64,000 bases of DNA. Source: Lama glama. Lineage: Eukaryota. A program made the translations under genes and the position numbers. The notes beneath the pieces are model-generated. The model was given only the letters and a program-made list of their open reading frames with translations, was not told the DNA's origin and did no database searches. The stretch covers positions 6,326,001 through 6,390,000 of the forward strand of contig CM052818.1 in the NCBI GenBank assembly GCA_028534125.1, given 5' to 3'. Positions 23,121 through 35,827 of this stretch are shown here, piece after piece; positions within the stretch are counted from its first letter, which is position 1; each line of letters begins with the position of its first letter.

Positions 23121-26100
23121 TGTTTTTAACTTTTTATTTTGAGGTAACTATAGATTCAAAAGAAGTCATAAAGAAATACACAAGCAGGTCCTGCACACCC
23201 TTCACCCAGCCTCCCTGTAGGTTAACATCTTACATAACCACTGTACTACAGTGCAATGTCAAAACCAGGAAACTGATGATACAAACCATAGAGCTTATTC
23301 AGATTTTGCCAGTTATATATTTGTGTGTGTGTATGTTGCTTTATGCAATTCTATCACAGTGCAGCTTCATATAACCAGCACCACAGTCAAGAAACAGAAC
23401 TGATCCATCATCACAAGACTCCCTTGTGCTCCCTCTTCTTAGCCATGTTTACTCCCCTTTTCCCAACCCCAACATCCCCAACCCTTGGCAACCACTTCAT
23501 TTCTATAATCATTATTTCACAGGTGCTTTATAAATGGAAATATGTAGTATGTATCCTTTTGGAAATGGCTTTTAATTCAGCATAATTTCCTTGAGGTTTA
23601 TTCAAGTTGCTGTATATATCAGTAGTTCACTCCTTTTCATTGCTGAGTAGTATTCCATGGAATGAATATACTTGTTTAATCGTTCACCCACTGAAGAACA
23701 TTTGTGTAGTTTCCAGTTTGAGACTATTAACAAATCTTCTGTGAATATTTCTGTCTAAGTTTCTGAGCACACACAGTTTTCATTTCTCTGAGACAAATGC
23801 CCAAGAGCACAATTAGTGTATGGGTTGTATGTAAGTGTGGTAACCACATGTTTAGTTTTTAGGAAACTGCCACCCTATTTTCTACAGTGGTTGTATAATC
23901 TTAACTCCCACCAACCATGTATAAGGATCCAGTTTCTCCACAATCTTGCCAGCATTTGGTGTTATTACTATTTTTTATTTTAGCCATTCTGAGAGATATT
24001 ATATAGTTTTTTATTTGCATCTCTAATGCCTAATGGTGTTGAACATTTTTTGTGTGCTTGACATCTACATATCCTATTCAGAAATGTCCGTTCATATTGT
24101 TTTCCCATTTTCTAATTGGATTGTTTGGTTTTTTAACATTGAATTTTGAGACTTCTTTATATATTCTACATACAATTCCTTTGTCAGATAAGTGACTTGC
24201 AAATGTTTTCTCCCAGTCTGTAATTTATCATTTTCGTTCTTCTTAATAGGATGTTTCACAAAGGGGAATTTTTTTATTTTGAAAAGGTCAAATGTATCCA
24301 TTTTTCCTTTTACAGATTATGCTTTTGATGTCAAGTCTAGGAACTCTTTGCTGAGCTTAAAGTCAAAAAGATTTCCTCCTATTTTTTTCTAGAAGTTTTC
24401 TAGTTTAATGTTTCACATCTAAGTCCATTCCACTTTCAGGTAAATTTTTGTATAAGATGTGAGATTAAGGTCAGCATCCAGTTTTTTGCCTATGGATATC
24501 CAATTGCCCCAGCACCATTTATTGAAAAGGTCATCCCTCCTCCATTTAACTGTTTTGGCTCCTTTGTCAATAATTAATTGGGCATACCTGTGTGGATTTA
24601 TTTCTAGGTTCTCTATTCTGTTCCACTGATCTGTGTGTCTATCCCTATGCAAATACCACACTATCCTGACTATTTTAGCTATGTAATAATTCTTAATATC
24701 AAGAAGAATAATTTTTCCCACTTTATTCATTTTTCTCAAACTTTTTTTCTGGCTATTACAGAGCTTTTCTCTTTCCAAATTCCAAGTTTGTAAATTTTAG
24801 CACAAACTTCTCTAATCTACAAATGACTTCGCTGAGATTTTGATAAGAATTACATTAAACCTACAGATCAATTTAGAGAGAATTGGTATCTTTATTGTGT
24901 TGAGTCTTCCAATCTACATTATGTCTCTGCAAATATTTAGATCTTCTTTCATCAGCATTTTGTAATTTTCAACATACAGATTCTGCACATTTTGTTAAAT
25001 TTATACCTAAGTTCTTCATTTTTGCAGCAATTGTACATAGTACTTTATTTTTATTGTTTTCCATCGTCAGCATAAAGAAATGCAGTTGATTTTGTATGTT
25101 GATTTTATTGAACTCACTTAGTTCCTGAAGGTTCTTTGTAGATTCCTTGGGATCTTCTATGTAAACAATCATGCTGTCTTTAGGTACAGTCTTCTCTCTT
25201 CTTTTTCAGTCTGTCTGCCTTTTTATTTCTTGTTGTTGCCTTACTGCAGTGGCTAGAACTTCCAGTACTGTGCTGAAAAAGAGCAGTGAGGGCAGACATT
25301 CTTGCCTTGTTTCCAATCTTAGAGGGAAAGTATTCAGTCCTTCACCATTAAGTATGATGTTAGTTGTAGGGTTTTTATGAGTTTGAAGAAGTTCCTATAT
25401 ACTCTGAATTGCCAAGGGTTTTTATCAGGAATAGGTATGAAATTTTGTCAGATGTTTTTTGTGCCTCAATTGATATTATCATATGATGTTGGGCTAGTGG
25501 ATTACATTGATTCATTTTCAAATATTCAATCAGCCTTGCACACCTTGCATAAATACCAATTGGTCATGGTCTATAATTCTTTTGATACAGTGTTGGATTT
25601 GATTTGCTAAAATTTTGTTGAAGATTTTTGCATATAAGTTTATAAGAGATTTTGCATACAGCTTTCTTATACTTTTTTTTTTTTGAGCTCTCTTTGCCTG
25701 GTTTTGGAACCAGGATGATACTCATATCATAAAATGAGTTGGAGAGTATTCCCTCCTCTTCTATTCTGTGTGAGAGATTGTGTAAAATTGGTGTGACTTC
25801 TTCTTTGACTGTTTGAAAGAACTCTCTCAGTAAAACCATCTCAGCCTGGAGACTTCTTTTTCAGTAGCTATTTAATAACAAATTCAATTTTAAAATTAAT
25901 TATAGGACTATTTAGGTTACCCATTTAATCTTGGCTGAGTTTTGGTAGCTTATGCTTTTTTTGAGAAATTGGTCGATTTCTTCTAAGTTTGGAACATCTG
26001 AGCATAAAGTTGTTTGTAATATTGCCCTATTATCCTTTTAATAACCTCAAGGTCTATTGTGATATCCTTGATTTTATTCTTGTTACTGGGGATTCATGTA

Positions 26101-27055
26101 TTTTCTTTTTTTTATCTTTTTCAACCTTGCTAGAGTTATCAATTTTACTAATTTCTTTTGAATAACTTTTGTTTCATTAATTTTCTCTATTGTTTTCTTA
26201 TTTTTAATTTCATTTATTTATGCTCTTTGTTGTTTCCTTCCTTCTGTTTGCTTTGGGTTTGTCTTAACCTTCTTTTTCTCGTTTCTTGAGGTAGACACTT
26301 TGATTATTGATTTGAGATCTTTCCTCTTTTCTAGCATAAACATTCAGAGGCATAAATTTCCCTGCCAGCATTGCATCCCACAATGTTGATGTGCTGTGTT
26401 TTCATTTTTATCCAATTCTATGTGGTTTTTAAATTTCTTTTGAGGTTTCTTCTTTGACCTATGGGTTGTTTAGAACTTTGTTGTTTAATTTCCAAGTATT
26501 TGAGATTTTTCTGTTGTCTTTTTATTATTGGTTTCAAGTTTGATTTCATTATGGTCCAAGAAAATAATCTATATAATTTCAATTCTTTTAAATTTTGTGA
26601 AGTTTGATTAATGATTCAACATATGGTCTATCTTCTCACAGATATAGAGGACAAACTAGAGGTTACCCGTGGGGAGAGGGGAGGAGGGGCAGTATACAGG
26701 TGAGGGAGTATGAGGTCCAAACTATCGGGTGTAAAACAGGCTCAAGGATGTGTTGTACAACACAGGGAATATAGCCAATATTTTGTAATAACTGTAAATG
26801 GAAAGTAACCTTTAAAATTGTATTAAAAATTTTTTTAAAAAGAAAGAAAAAAATGATACAGCCTATCATGGTGAATGTTGCATGAGTGCTTGAAAAGAAT
26901 GTATATTCCACTATTGTTGGGTGAAATGTTCTATAAATGTCAGTTAGATCCTATTGTCTGATAGCTTGCTCAGCTCTTCTGTAGCCTTGCTGATCTCTTT
27001 CTACTAGTTCTACTAGTTTCGTCAGTTGCTGACAGTGAGGTGTTAAAATCTTTAA
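23121..27055 (-). mobile_element. Old L1 (L1MC/L1MD-type), ~3.9 kb, decayed ORF2 plus 3'UTR
   Basis: ORF track gives L1 ORF2 peptides: EYTFFSSTHATFT (endonuclease; 26663-26911), EFFQTVKEEVTPIL...IEEEGILSNSFY...IILVPKPGK (25564-25839), MIVYIEDPKESTK (RT; 24969-25172), WYLHRDRHTDQWNRIE...LFNKWCWGNW (24419-24778). Many stops and frameshifts. Confidence 0.95.
26635..26855 (+). mobile_element. Younger 5'-truncated L1 3'UTR inserted antisense into the old L1
   Basis: 'ctcacagatatagaggacaaactagaggttacc...gtacaacacagggaatatagccaatattttgtaataactgtaaatgga' plus A tail; degenerate TSD atatggtctatctt (26621-26634) / atacagcctatcat (26856-26869). Confidence 0.85.
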
Positions 27056-27884
27056 TCACTGAATATTTCTCTCCATCTCCAGCCATCCTAGTCCCACCAT
27101 CTACCGAAGGATCCAATACTTCCTCTTCTGGAATATAATCCCTTGGAGGGTTTAAGGCAGAGCAGAAGATCTGAGGATTATTGGCATTTTAAACCAAGAC
27201 ACTGAACACTGGTGAAATGTGATAAAACCCAAACTTGGGACTTGCTGGAGGTAGACACCAGAAGAGACACAGCTACATTGCAGAGCTGGGCCAGGAGCAG
27301 AGGAGTCAATCAGACAAAGCCAAAGTTAGAGCCAACCAGTAAGCTGAGAGTTGTGACCAACCAAATCTAGCAACCAACAGCCACGGTCTTAACCAATAAC
27401 CAAAGTCAAGAACCAGCCAAGAAGCTTGTGGGTTCCCATCTAATTTCATCTGAGCCTTGATGGCCTAAGGCTATTCTGAAAGAGTCAAGGAACCCCTTCC
27501 TGGCCATGCTTTTGTTCATTTTAAAGGCAGCCACAACTTCTAAAGTAACCCAAAGGAATGAATTGCTACTCGGACAGACAATTGCTGGCATCAGCAACAG
27601 GATGGTAGGGAAGATATTTTGAGGTGTATCTCCTGGATACCCTAAAATCATACTCCATGAGTCTCATCTTATTTGATCTATACATCTCATTTCATCATTC
27701 TGGTCAGGGACAGAAATGTCCATTGAAGAATCATTGGGCAAGCTAACATCAAAGCAAGAGTCAGAAAAAAAGAGTCTCTTTAGGAAAAAGGATAAAACTG
27801 TCTACAACTTCAACTGGTGAACAGAACATCTAATAACCCACAAACTACTTATCCCAGACTCCAAAGAGGCAGAAGACTGGCATT

Positions 27885-28106
27885 TTCTAAAATTGTGGTG
27901 AAATACACACAACATAAAATGTACCACCGTGACCATTTTTAAGTGTACAGCTCAGTGGCATGAGCACATCACTCACACTGTTGTGCAGCCATCACCACTA
28001 TCCAACTCCAGAACTTTTTCATCTTTCTAAATGGAAACCTTGTACCCATTACACAGTAATGCACCAGTTCCCCCTCCCCCAAGCCACTAGCAACCACTAT
28101 TCTACG
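27885..28106 (-). mobile_element. L1 (L1MB-type) 3' end
   Basis: 'aattgtggtgaaatacacacaacataaaat...accatttttaagtgtacagctcagtggca...ttgtgcagccatcaccactatcca'. Confidence 0.85.
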
Positions 28107-30255
28107 TTCTTAGAGGACCCCTGTTCTGATGGACCTTTATGCTTATTAATCAACCAATATTATGTCATTCAATTAGAGATAACTAATAATGCTGACAATA
28201 TTCTTAAACACACTGGCAAACTGTTAGTGACTCTTTTCCTTTGATAGCACCATTCCAACCTATATGACAAGAACCCCAGTTCAAGACCCTGCCCTTTTCC
28301 TGCAGATCTTGGGACGGGTTGGTCCCTAAACACTCAAAGGCACTCTGCCTGTGATCGGCCTGGAGCAGTGGCCTCAAAGCAATATAGCAGCATCCTGGAG
28401 AGACCTGGAGACAGAGGCCCTCAGGAGGTGCTGAGAGCACTACTTCCTTGGTCAGAAATGGGAAACAACAGTTTTCCACATCTCACAACCACCGGGAAGT
28501 CAGGCTCTTCCAGGCTCTTCCCACTGTACCATCCATGGCTCCATCCCAGCCAAAGTGAAGGTTGCTGGCCTCGTAACACCTCGCTGTCCAAAGCCTCAGA
28601 ATTCCCCATCAGAAGGCTCCTGGATGTGCTCCCATAAGAGAAGTCCCAGGACACCTTCACAATCCTTCACAGACCACGTGTCCAAAGAAAGGTGGAACAG
28701 AATGCCCCCGCAGGAGGTGACCGATGTACTTCAGCACATATTTTTTAACGAGGCACACAACCTACACTACAATAAAGTGCAACCAGGGCATCCACAAAAA
28801 GCCCCAGCCCCATAGTAAATGAAAGTCTCCGTACACTGAATGGGATCACCGCCTCATCAAACCAAGACACTACGTCGTGATAATGTGCTGCTACAACTCA
28901 GCACTGGGCCCCAACAATAAAGCCGGGACTGTAATTACTATAATGACCTCCCACTGCTACTGTGTCTTTAATTAAGTCTCTATCAGTAGGCATTTGCCAC
29001 TTCAGCCTAACTCACTGTAACTACGGCAGTGCATCATCTACATTTTCACAAAGAATTACTGAATCATACTTCTGTCACCAAGATGAAAGGGAATCTTTTC
29101 GTTCAAGTGCCATTTGCAGACAAGCGGCATGAGGAAAAATCAAGCTGTCCTCAGCAGCACTTTCTGACAAGTGAAGCTCGGCGGAGAGAGGCCGGGGGTT
29201 TGTATGTGTGTGTGTTTTGGCTTCACCGAGTTTCTTGCGAGCACAACTCCACTTCCTGTCTACATAAACTACAGGGAAAGAATGACACCAAACTAATAAC
29301 ACATTTCTTGGTTACAGAAAATGCCTTGAGGTAGAAAGGGCTGAGACCCTCCTGCAGGGCCTGGAGATGCTGAGGGCATTGTCCCGAGTCGCACGGTGGG
29401 TGACTGACCGAGGCGGGTCCACAGCTCACACCGTCTGGCTAGACGCCCTTCCTGCTCGCCGAGAGGCTGCCCACAGGGCTAGAAAAACCCATCTTACCCA
29501 GCAAGGCGCCCGAGCAGTACCCTAGGCCTGAAAGAGACCACAGTCCAAATTCAAGTTTGCAGGCATAATCACTTCCTGACGTCAGCATCAAAGCCAGTGC
29601 TCACACGGCTTTTTGGCAGAGCACATCCCAGCGGGCCAGACAACCCCAGCAGAAAAAAGCCTCCCCAGTTCAAGGCCTCGCCATGGGTTTTAGCCAGGGC
29701 CTTGCCCTGCAGAGCTCACCTCTTGGAGAGGGAAACGTGAGCAGACACTCCGGTCCTCACTCCTCTCAGGTTACTTGATTCACTTGGGACCCAGGGAAAG
29801 CCCCACCCGCTCACCCCATCAGCCAACAAGTATGACTGCACGGGCCTCCACCAAGGGGCCAGGCCGCCGTGGTGATGCGATTTGTGCTCCTGCACACCAT
29901 GAAAAACCTTCTGGCTTTAAAACCTGCTCTTCCAAAAGGGCCTAAATCTTTCCAGAATTGGGGAAAGGCGTGGGTGCTGAGGGGCACCCCCACAACAAAG
30001 AGGGTGAGAAGGAAGCGAGGTGGCTGGACAGTCCCTGGGGTCTGGGGGCACCACTGTGGCAAGAGTTCAAGGGCCCTGCCACACTGCTTTACTCCACAGA
30101 TCTGTGGGTACCCGAGACACCAGTGACTTCTGCTTATTTACTTGAGGGATTCTGACCAGCTGGGGAAACCTGGGCTGCCACCAACTGCCACCTTTTCCAG
30201 TGTCATCTTTGGCTATAACAGCTCCCCCTTCTCCCTTTGGTTCTAATTTCATTTT

Positions 30256-30351
30256 CTTTCTTTCTCTCTTTTTTTTTTTAGAATGGAGGTACTGGGGATT
30301 GAACCCGGGACCTTATGCATGCACTCTATCACTGACCTATTACCCTCTCCC
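30256..30351 (-). mobile_element. tRNA-derived camelid-type SINE (same family as 20696)
   Basis: Reverse complement reads gggagagggtaataggtcagtgatagagtgcatgcataaggtcccgggttcaatccccagtacctcca + poly(A); TSD aatttcatttt (30245-30255) / aattccatttt (30353-30363). Confidence 0.85.
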
Positions 30352-31511
30352 AAATTCCATTTTTAACAACAGAAAGGCTTTCCCTGGACACAGAGGAACT
30401 GACAATGAGAACAAAACAAAGTGAGGGAGAAAGCATCCTGAAGGAACTGGGGCAGGGGGTAGGAGGGATGGATTCTATTCAGTTTTCTCTCACATGTTTG
30501 CAACCGCTGGGAGCGTCACGTTTTCTCGCCTTGGGGCAGCCAGGCCCACAAACTCAGCAGAGCCCACCTTCAGATAAGAAATCCACACTGGCCTCTTGTC
30601 CCAGTTGTCACCGGGGGCCTGTGGGAGACTCTTTGCTCTGCTTGTCCTTCCTCAGCTCACCACTGAAGGGCCCACTGCTGTTGGAGGATCTGCCCCGGTG
30701 TCTACATGCAGCCAGGAGGCATCCTGGCTGGAGCCAAAGGGGCTCTGAGCACGGTGGGTCTGTGTGGGCGAGGATCACCGCCGCTGTCGTCAGCCCACAC
30801 CCAGCCCTCCTCAGCCGCGTCTGCTGCTCTCACGGGGAGCTTAGGCCGACGACTGTTTCCACTAATGCTCTCAGCTGCTACCTTTTCATCTGACAAAGGA
30901 CCCGGCCAAGTGATGAAAGACATAAGCCAAAATCCACTCTATGCCTCATCATACAAATGCTTGGCTTTCCCGGGGCCAAGGCGCCTTCTAGTGACTGACA
31001 TGTTTCTAGGTTCTTTACCACTCCCTGCTGAGGACACGTTAGGATGCTTCTCTGGGTAAATGACAAGATCCTCCCTGGAGGGCAAAAGAAATGTCAGTAG
31101 CACAGCTCCTATCAGACAACCTGAAATTATCATATGTCTAAAAAACATATTCACTGGGAAGAATCTCTCTGAGATATTATTTTCACCAAACATGGAGGTA
31201 ATTCCCATTCCCAAAACATGGAGCTGAGCCCAAAGCACTTCATAAATATTTGCTGAATATAAATGAATGATGCATGCATAGATGAATACATGAATTTTTC
31301 TCTAGAGAGAGGCCCAATTTCCCTCTCTGTTCCACTACCTCCTTATTGCCAAGCATCATGTTGTTGATGACTCATAAGAAGCCATCTATTACTTTCCACA
31401 TAGAAGGTGAAGATATAACTGGAGAGGATAAGAGAAATAATACTTCTTACCATGAAAGAAAAATAAGGATGGGAAAAACTGAGATAAAGCTAGGGGTGAG
31501 GTTAGTTTAGT

Positions 31512-31688
31512 TCCTTGTTCTCAATCTTGTCTGTGCATTAGAATTCCCTGAGGAGATTTAAGATGTACTAATGCCTGAGTCCCACCCCCAGAAATCCTGA
31601 TTTAATTGGAATGGGATGCAACCTGGCTATCGATTTTTTTTAAGTGCCCCTGGTAATTCTACTATATAGCCAAGTTTGAGAAATACTG
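31512..31688. mobile_element. MER5-family DNA transposon
   Basis: 'ttctcaatcttgtctgtgcattagaattccctgagga...cccacccccagaaatcctgatttaattgg...gccaagtttgagaaatactg'. Confidence 0.75.
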
Positions 31689-32029
31689 CCCTAATGGTCT
31701 GCATAGTAGCTAGAGAATAATAGCAAATATAGCTCTGAGCCTCCTGGCAGCCAACGTGAAAAGAGGGAACCACTATCCATCAAATTATCCAGTGTCCACA
31801 GAAGAAAATCAACCTGCTTGTCTAGAAGTACAGTGAATCCTGAGACAGACCAGAAAGAGATTCATCTTCATGAAGAGACAAGGAATGAAGCAAGTAATAA
31901 TCTCAATGGTGTCCCTGCAGTAGTCAATCAAAAAATACTTACTGAGCACATACTAGGAGGCCAACTCTGTTCCAGGCACTGGAGACAAAAGAATTGACAG
32001 ACTTGAAACTTTTTGTTTAATGACAACTA

Positions 32030-32246
32030 AACAGCTATTATTGAGTGCTGTTTTGTGCTAAACACTTTACATCCATTGCCTCATTTAATCCTCACAACCA
32101 CCTGAGAAGGTGGGCATTTTACACTTGGTAGAAACTGAGATTCAGAGAGGGTAACCAACTGGCCTAACATGTAACAGTAAATGGCAAAGCTAGGACCAAA
32201 ACAGAGGACTGTCTGACTCCAGAGTCCACACTCTCAACCACTTTGC
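32030..32246 (-). mobile_element. MIR SINE
   Basis: 'ctcatttaatcctcacaaccaccctgag...gaaactgagattcagagagg...gtctgactccagagtccacactctcaaccact'. Confidence 0.8.
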
Positions 32247-32329
32247 TATATACCTCAAGGTAAATACAGTAATAAACTTCATACAACTCTACCTTAAAAC
32301 ACACTTTAATGTGAGATGACAGCATCATT

Positions 32330-32890
32330 CTGACCAAATTCTTTAAAAAGTTAGAACCATGTGGTTCAAGCACTACTAAAATTACATATGCATTTATCTT
32401 TTGCCCCAGTCAGGGTATTTCTGCAGGCATACCAGCATACAGAGGACGTATATACCAGGATGTCCCCTGTGGCATTATTTCTAATAGCAAAAGTCTAGAA
32501 ACCATGCAATAGTGTACCAGTTGAATAAAGGATGGTACATCCATGCAGTGAAACACTGGTAGTGATATCATACAGTATTTGTCTTTCTCTGCCTGAGGAA
32601 AAAAATTTCACTTAGCATAACATCCTCCAAGTCCATCCAGGTTGCTGCAAATGGCAACATTTCATCATTTTTATGGCTAAGTAATATTCCATTGTATATA
32701 TGTATCACAACTTCTTTATCCATTCATTCATCAATGGACACTTAAGTTGCTTCCATATTTTAGCAATTGTAAATAACACTGCTATGAACTTTGGGGTATC
32801 TTTCTGAACTCGTGTTTTTGGTTTTTTAAATACATAGTTTTTAAATGTTCAAACTTGTAAAAGTATTACCCATTCAAGAAGAGAAAATAA
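32330..32890 (+). mobile_element. L1ME-type 3' end interrupted by an antisense L1 fragment
   Basis: 'gcatttatcttttgccccag...gtggcattatttctaatagcaaaag...gaataaaggatggtacatccatgcagtgaaacac'; appears to resume at ~32830 'tgtaaaagtattacccattcaag'. Confidence 0.55.
32559..32825 (-). mobile_element. Younger L1 internal fragment (no 3' terminus or poly(A))
   Basis: 'gtgatatcatacagtatttgtctttctct...cttagcataa...gttgctgcaaatggcaac...cttctttatccattcattcatcaatggacacttaagttgcttccat'. Confidence 0.85.
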
Positions 32891-34159
32891 TGAAAAAGAG
32901 AACTGTGTGAGGGCTGGAGTCCCTCAACTAGGAAGTGGTAGAGCTAAAATCTGAACCCAAAGCTGCACTCTTGGCACCATGACATTCTGCCTTCCCTAAG
33001 ACTCAGAGGGCAGAGCTGGTTGGTGCACAGGATCCGGCTCCCACTCTCGGATTTCTCTCCCTTGTAGTGGTGCAGCATCTGGGGGTTTCAAAGTAGTTCA
33101 TTTAGGCTTTTTCAAAAAAAAAAAAAAAACTCCATCAAAGAATCCTGTAGTAGCAGGAGTTAGAGTGGGAAGTCATCTTCGAAAAGAGTTAAGCCCCAAC
33201 AAAGAGAAGTTGAGTGAGTTTAAATTTACAACCCTTTGTAGTCCAAGCGTATAGAGCTCACTTGTTTAGGGTAATTCATGTGCTATAAGCCCTCCTGGTA
33301 ACAAATAACAACACATTCTAAACACATTCCCTTCAGCCTGGTTCATGGCCAAGCCTCGGCCTGGATTAAGGAAAGGGCTGCATCTGCCAACACAGGGCAA
33401 GGATGCTGTTCTACACAGAAGGGAAATTTCAAACAAAATCTAGAACTTTACAGCCTATGGACACTGATTTGGAATGGAATGTCTTAAAAAAAAAAAAGGA
33501 AAAGGAGAAGACAACGAAGGAGGTAGTTTTCTACCTTAAACTGCTTTTCTCAAGTTTCAAATCATCTCAGAGCCACCTGAGAGGATATTTAGAAGAATCA
33601 CTTTCAGCATCTCAGGTACAGATGGTAGAGCTGTCCCAGGCGATGTAGCTGATCTAAAAGCATTTGCGTAAAATTCCCGTGACTGCCCACCATGTGGGAG
33701 GAGCACGTCAAGGAGACGATGGGTGGTGCCACTGGCCTTGGCAGAATACATTCTCTTCCGAGAGTGATGTTCCCTTGCCTCACAGCAGACCTTTCCTAAG
33801 CTTAACTAGTCTCCCTCTTATTTTCCTGGAGGGTACGAAAGATGGTTCACTCAGTGTCCCTTCTCTCTCCTGAACCCAGGTCAGCCACATTTGCTTTGCT
33901 TCCAAGAAAGTAAAGCATACTGCCAAAGATTTGTGGTTTTCCCAGATATGGATGGAGGAAAAAGAGTTATTCCAGGTAGAATTAATGTTATAAAAGGGGC
34001 CCAGATTGACAGTACATTGGACTTTAAATTCAAATACGTAGAGCCAAGGGTCTGTTTGATACAAGATTATGGAATGAGAGGCGAATATTGTTAGCATTTT
34101 CCAAGTCCCCTCATTCTGGACCCATTTCCCTTCTTTTTGTTGACCTAGTAATACCTACT

Positions 34160-34410
34160 TCCATTCAGTTATGACTTGGGTACCTACTATGTGCTGCTGC
34201 TGTGGTGTTACACATATGATGGGGGTCAGAGTAAGAGAGCAAACCCCACAAGAGATAATTCCAGCAAAGACTGTTGAGTACTACACTAGAGGTGCTCAGA
34301 ATGTGTGAGGAGAGCTCAGAGGAGGGGCTCTGGGGGGATCAGAGAAGCCTTCCTAGAGGAGGTGATAGTTGAGCCTATGTTTGAAGGCTCCACTGGAGTT
34401 AGCAAAGCAT
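34160..34410 (-). mobile_element. L2 fragment
   Basis: 'tacctactatgtgc', 'ggggatcagagaagccttcctagaggaggtgatagttgagc...tgaagg'. Confidence 0.55.
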
Positions 34411-34621
34411 GAGATTCAAGTTCAAGCTTCTGTGCTTCAAAACGCCACCAGTACCAGGTAGTTTTAGACCATTCCCAGTTCTCATCAATTTACTTGTTCT
34501 GTAAGTTTATCTGCCATTTTCTCAGAAGTCAGCTTTCTGCTAGTACTCATGTGTTCAAATGATTTGAGGTAGAGTAGTCCCAACTATTGGAAGTTACTGT
34601 TCTACCACTCCCAAAGAATAC

Positions 34622-34726
34622 TTTTTTTTGGTACTTCAGAGTGATTCAGCTATATATATGTATTCCTTTTCATATTCTTTTCCATTATGGTTTATTACAG
34701 GATATTAATATAGTTCTCTGTGCTAT
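34622..34726 (-). mobile_element. Short L1 3'UTR fragment (cetartiodactyl type)
   Basis: 'gtgattcagctatatatatgtattccttttcatattcttttccattatggtttattacaggatattaatatagttctctgtgctat' is the reverse complement of the 3'UTR seen at ~57220-57320. Confidence 0.85.
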
Positions 34727-34759
34727 TCGGCCCACGTGTCAGCTACATCTCAAACACCT

Positions 34760-35008
34760 GTAGTGATGAAAAGTGGAGACTTTAAGGCCCCAGACCTGGG
34801 TTTGAATCTCAGCTTCACCACTTATTTAGGTGGATAACACCTGGCAAGTTAGCCTCTCCAGGACTCAGTTTTGTCATCTGCAAAATGGGACCAGTAACAG
34901 AACCTACTTCATAGGAGTGTGAGAGTAAATGATGCTGTCCTGGATAGAGGATTTGGCATGGGGCCTGGCATTTTGTGGATGTTCAGAAATGTTAGCTGTT
35001 GCTATAAT
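34760..35008 (+). mobile_element. MIR SINE, near full length
   Basis: 'cagacctgggtttgaatctcagcttcaccacttattt...ggcaagtt...ctcagttttgtcatctgcaaaatggg...acctacttcatagg'. Confidence 0.85.
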
Positions 35009-35827
35009 TACATATTTACAAGCCTGTGTATCCCTTCCCCCAGTGTCACTGATGGCAAGGATAGAGACCATTGGCTTCTTTCTCCCTATGTTGCCTGATA
35101 AAGTGTCTACCATGTAGCAGCCACTTGGAAAATGTTTGTTGAATAGATGGTTCAACAACACTATTTTTCTCTGCTATTTCAAATGATTGAGTAAGGAAAA
35201 AAGGGCCTCCTCTATTTTGACACACAATAGCCACTTCTTGCTAAATTCTATCCCTTAACATTCAGAAATAAATTATCAAGTGTCTAAAGAGATCGTCTCA
35301 AATTCTTAAATTAGCAGAGTTGTATGACTTTTCCCCCTATAGAAAATAAAAGTCGGCCTCCCTTCACTCTCCCAGACCTTCCTGGGCTCTCGCTCGCATT
35401 TCAGGAAGCCCTCACCTTCACAAGAATAAGGATGGAAACTTACAAAATAAAAACCCCCAGGTCAGGGAGGGGAGTGGATTTTCCACTTTGTAAAAACATT
35501 CATAGTTTCTTGAAATGTCAAGGATCCCTCCAGACTTCACATCCTCCTAAAGAAATTCAAGAACAATTTAGCTAACATGGAATATTTTAAAAGTGCATTC
35601 CTTTTGTAAAGTGAACTCAGGCAGTTACTTACTCAGCATCACTCCTCCTTCCACACAGCCGACAAGCGCCCCTCCTCCAGCTGAAGAGCACACGCTTCAT
35701 GCTCTACCCTCCAAGCACTGCTCAAAGCCAACCTCACCTGCCTGACGCCACAAGCTCCCGCAACCCCTCCTACTGCTGGGCACACGGGGCTAATCCCCAA
35801 CATTCAGCAAACATCCTGCTTAGTCAG

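Noticed and set aside
24092..26911. Functional reverse transcriptase/endonuclease CDS
   Set aside because: Fragmented L1 ORF2 with multiple stops, frameshifts and a nested insertion.
34565..34585. let-7-like seed 'tgaggtag'
   Set aside because: The rest does not match let-7 and no complementary hairpin arm is evident; same for 26288 and 29327.
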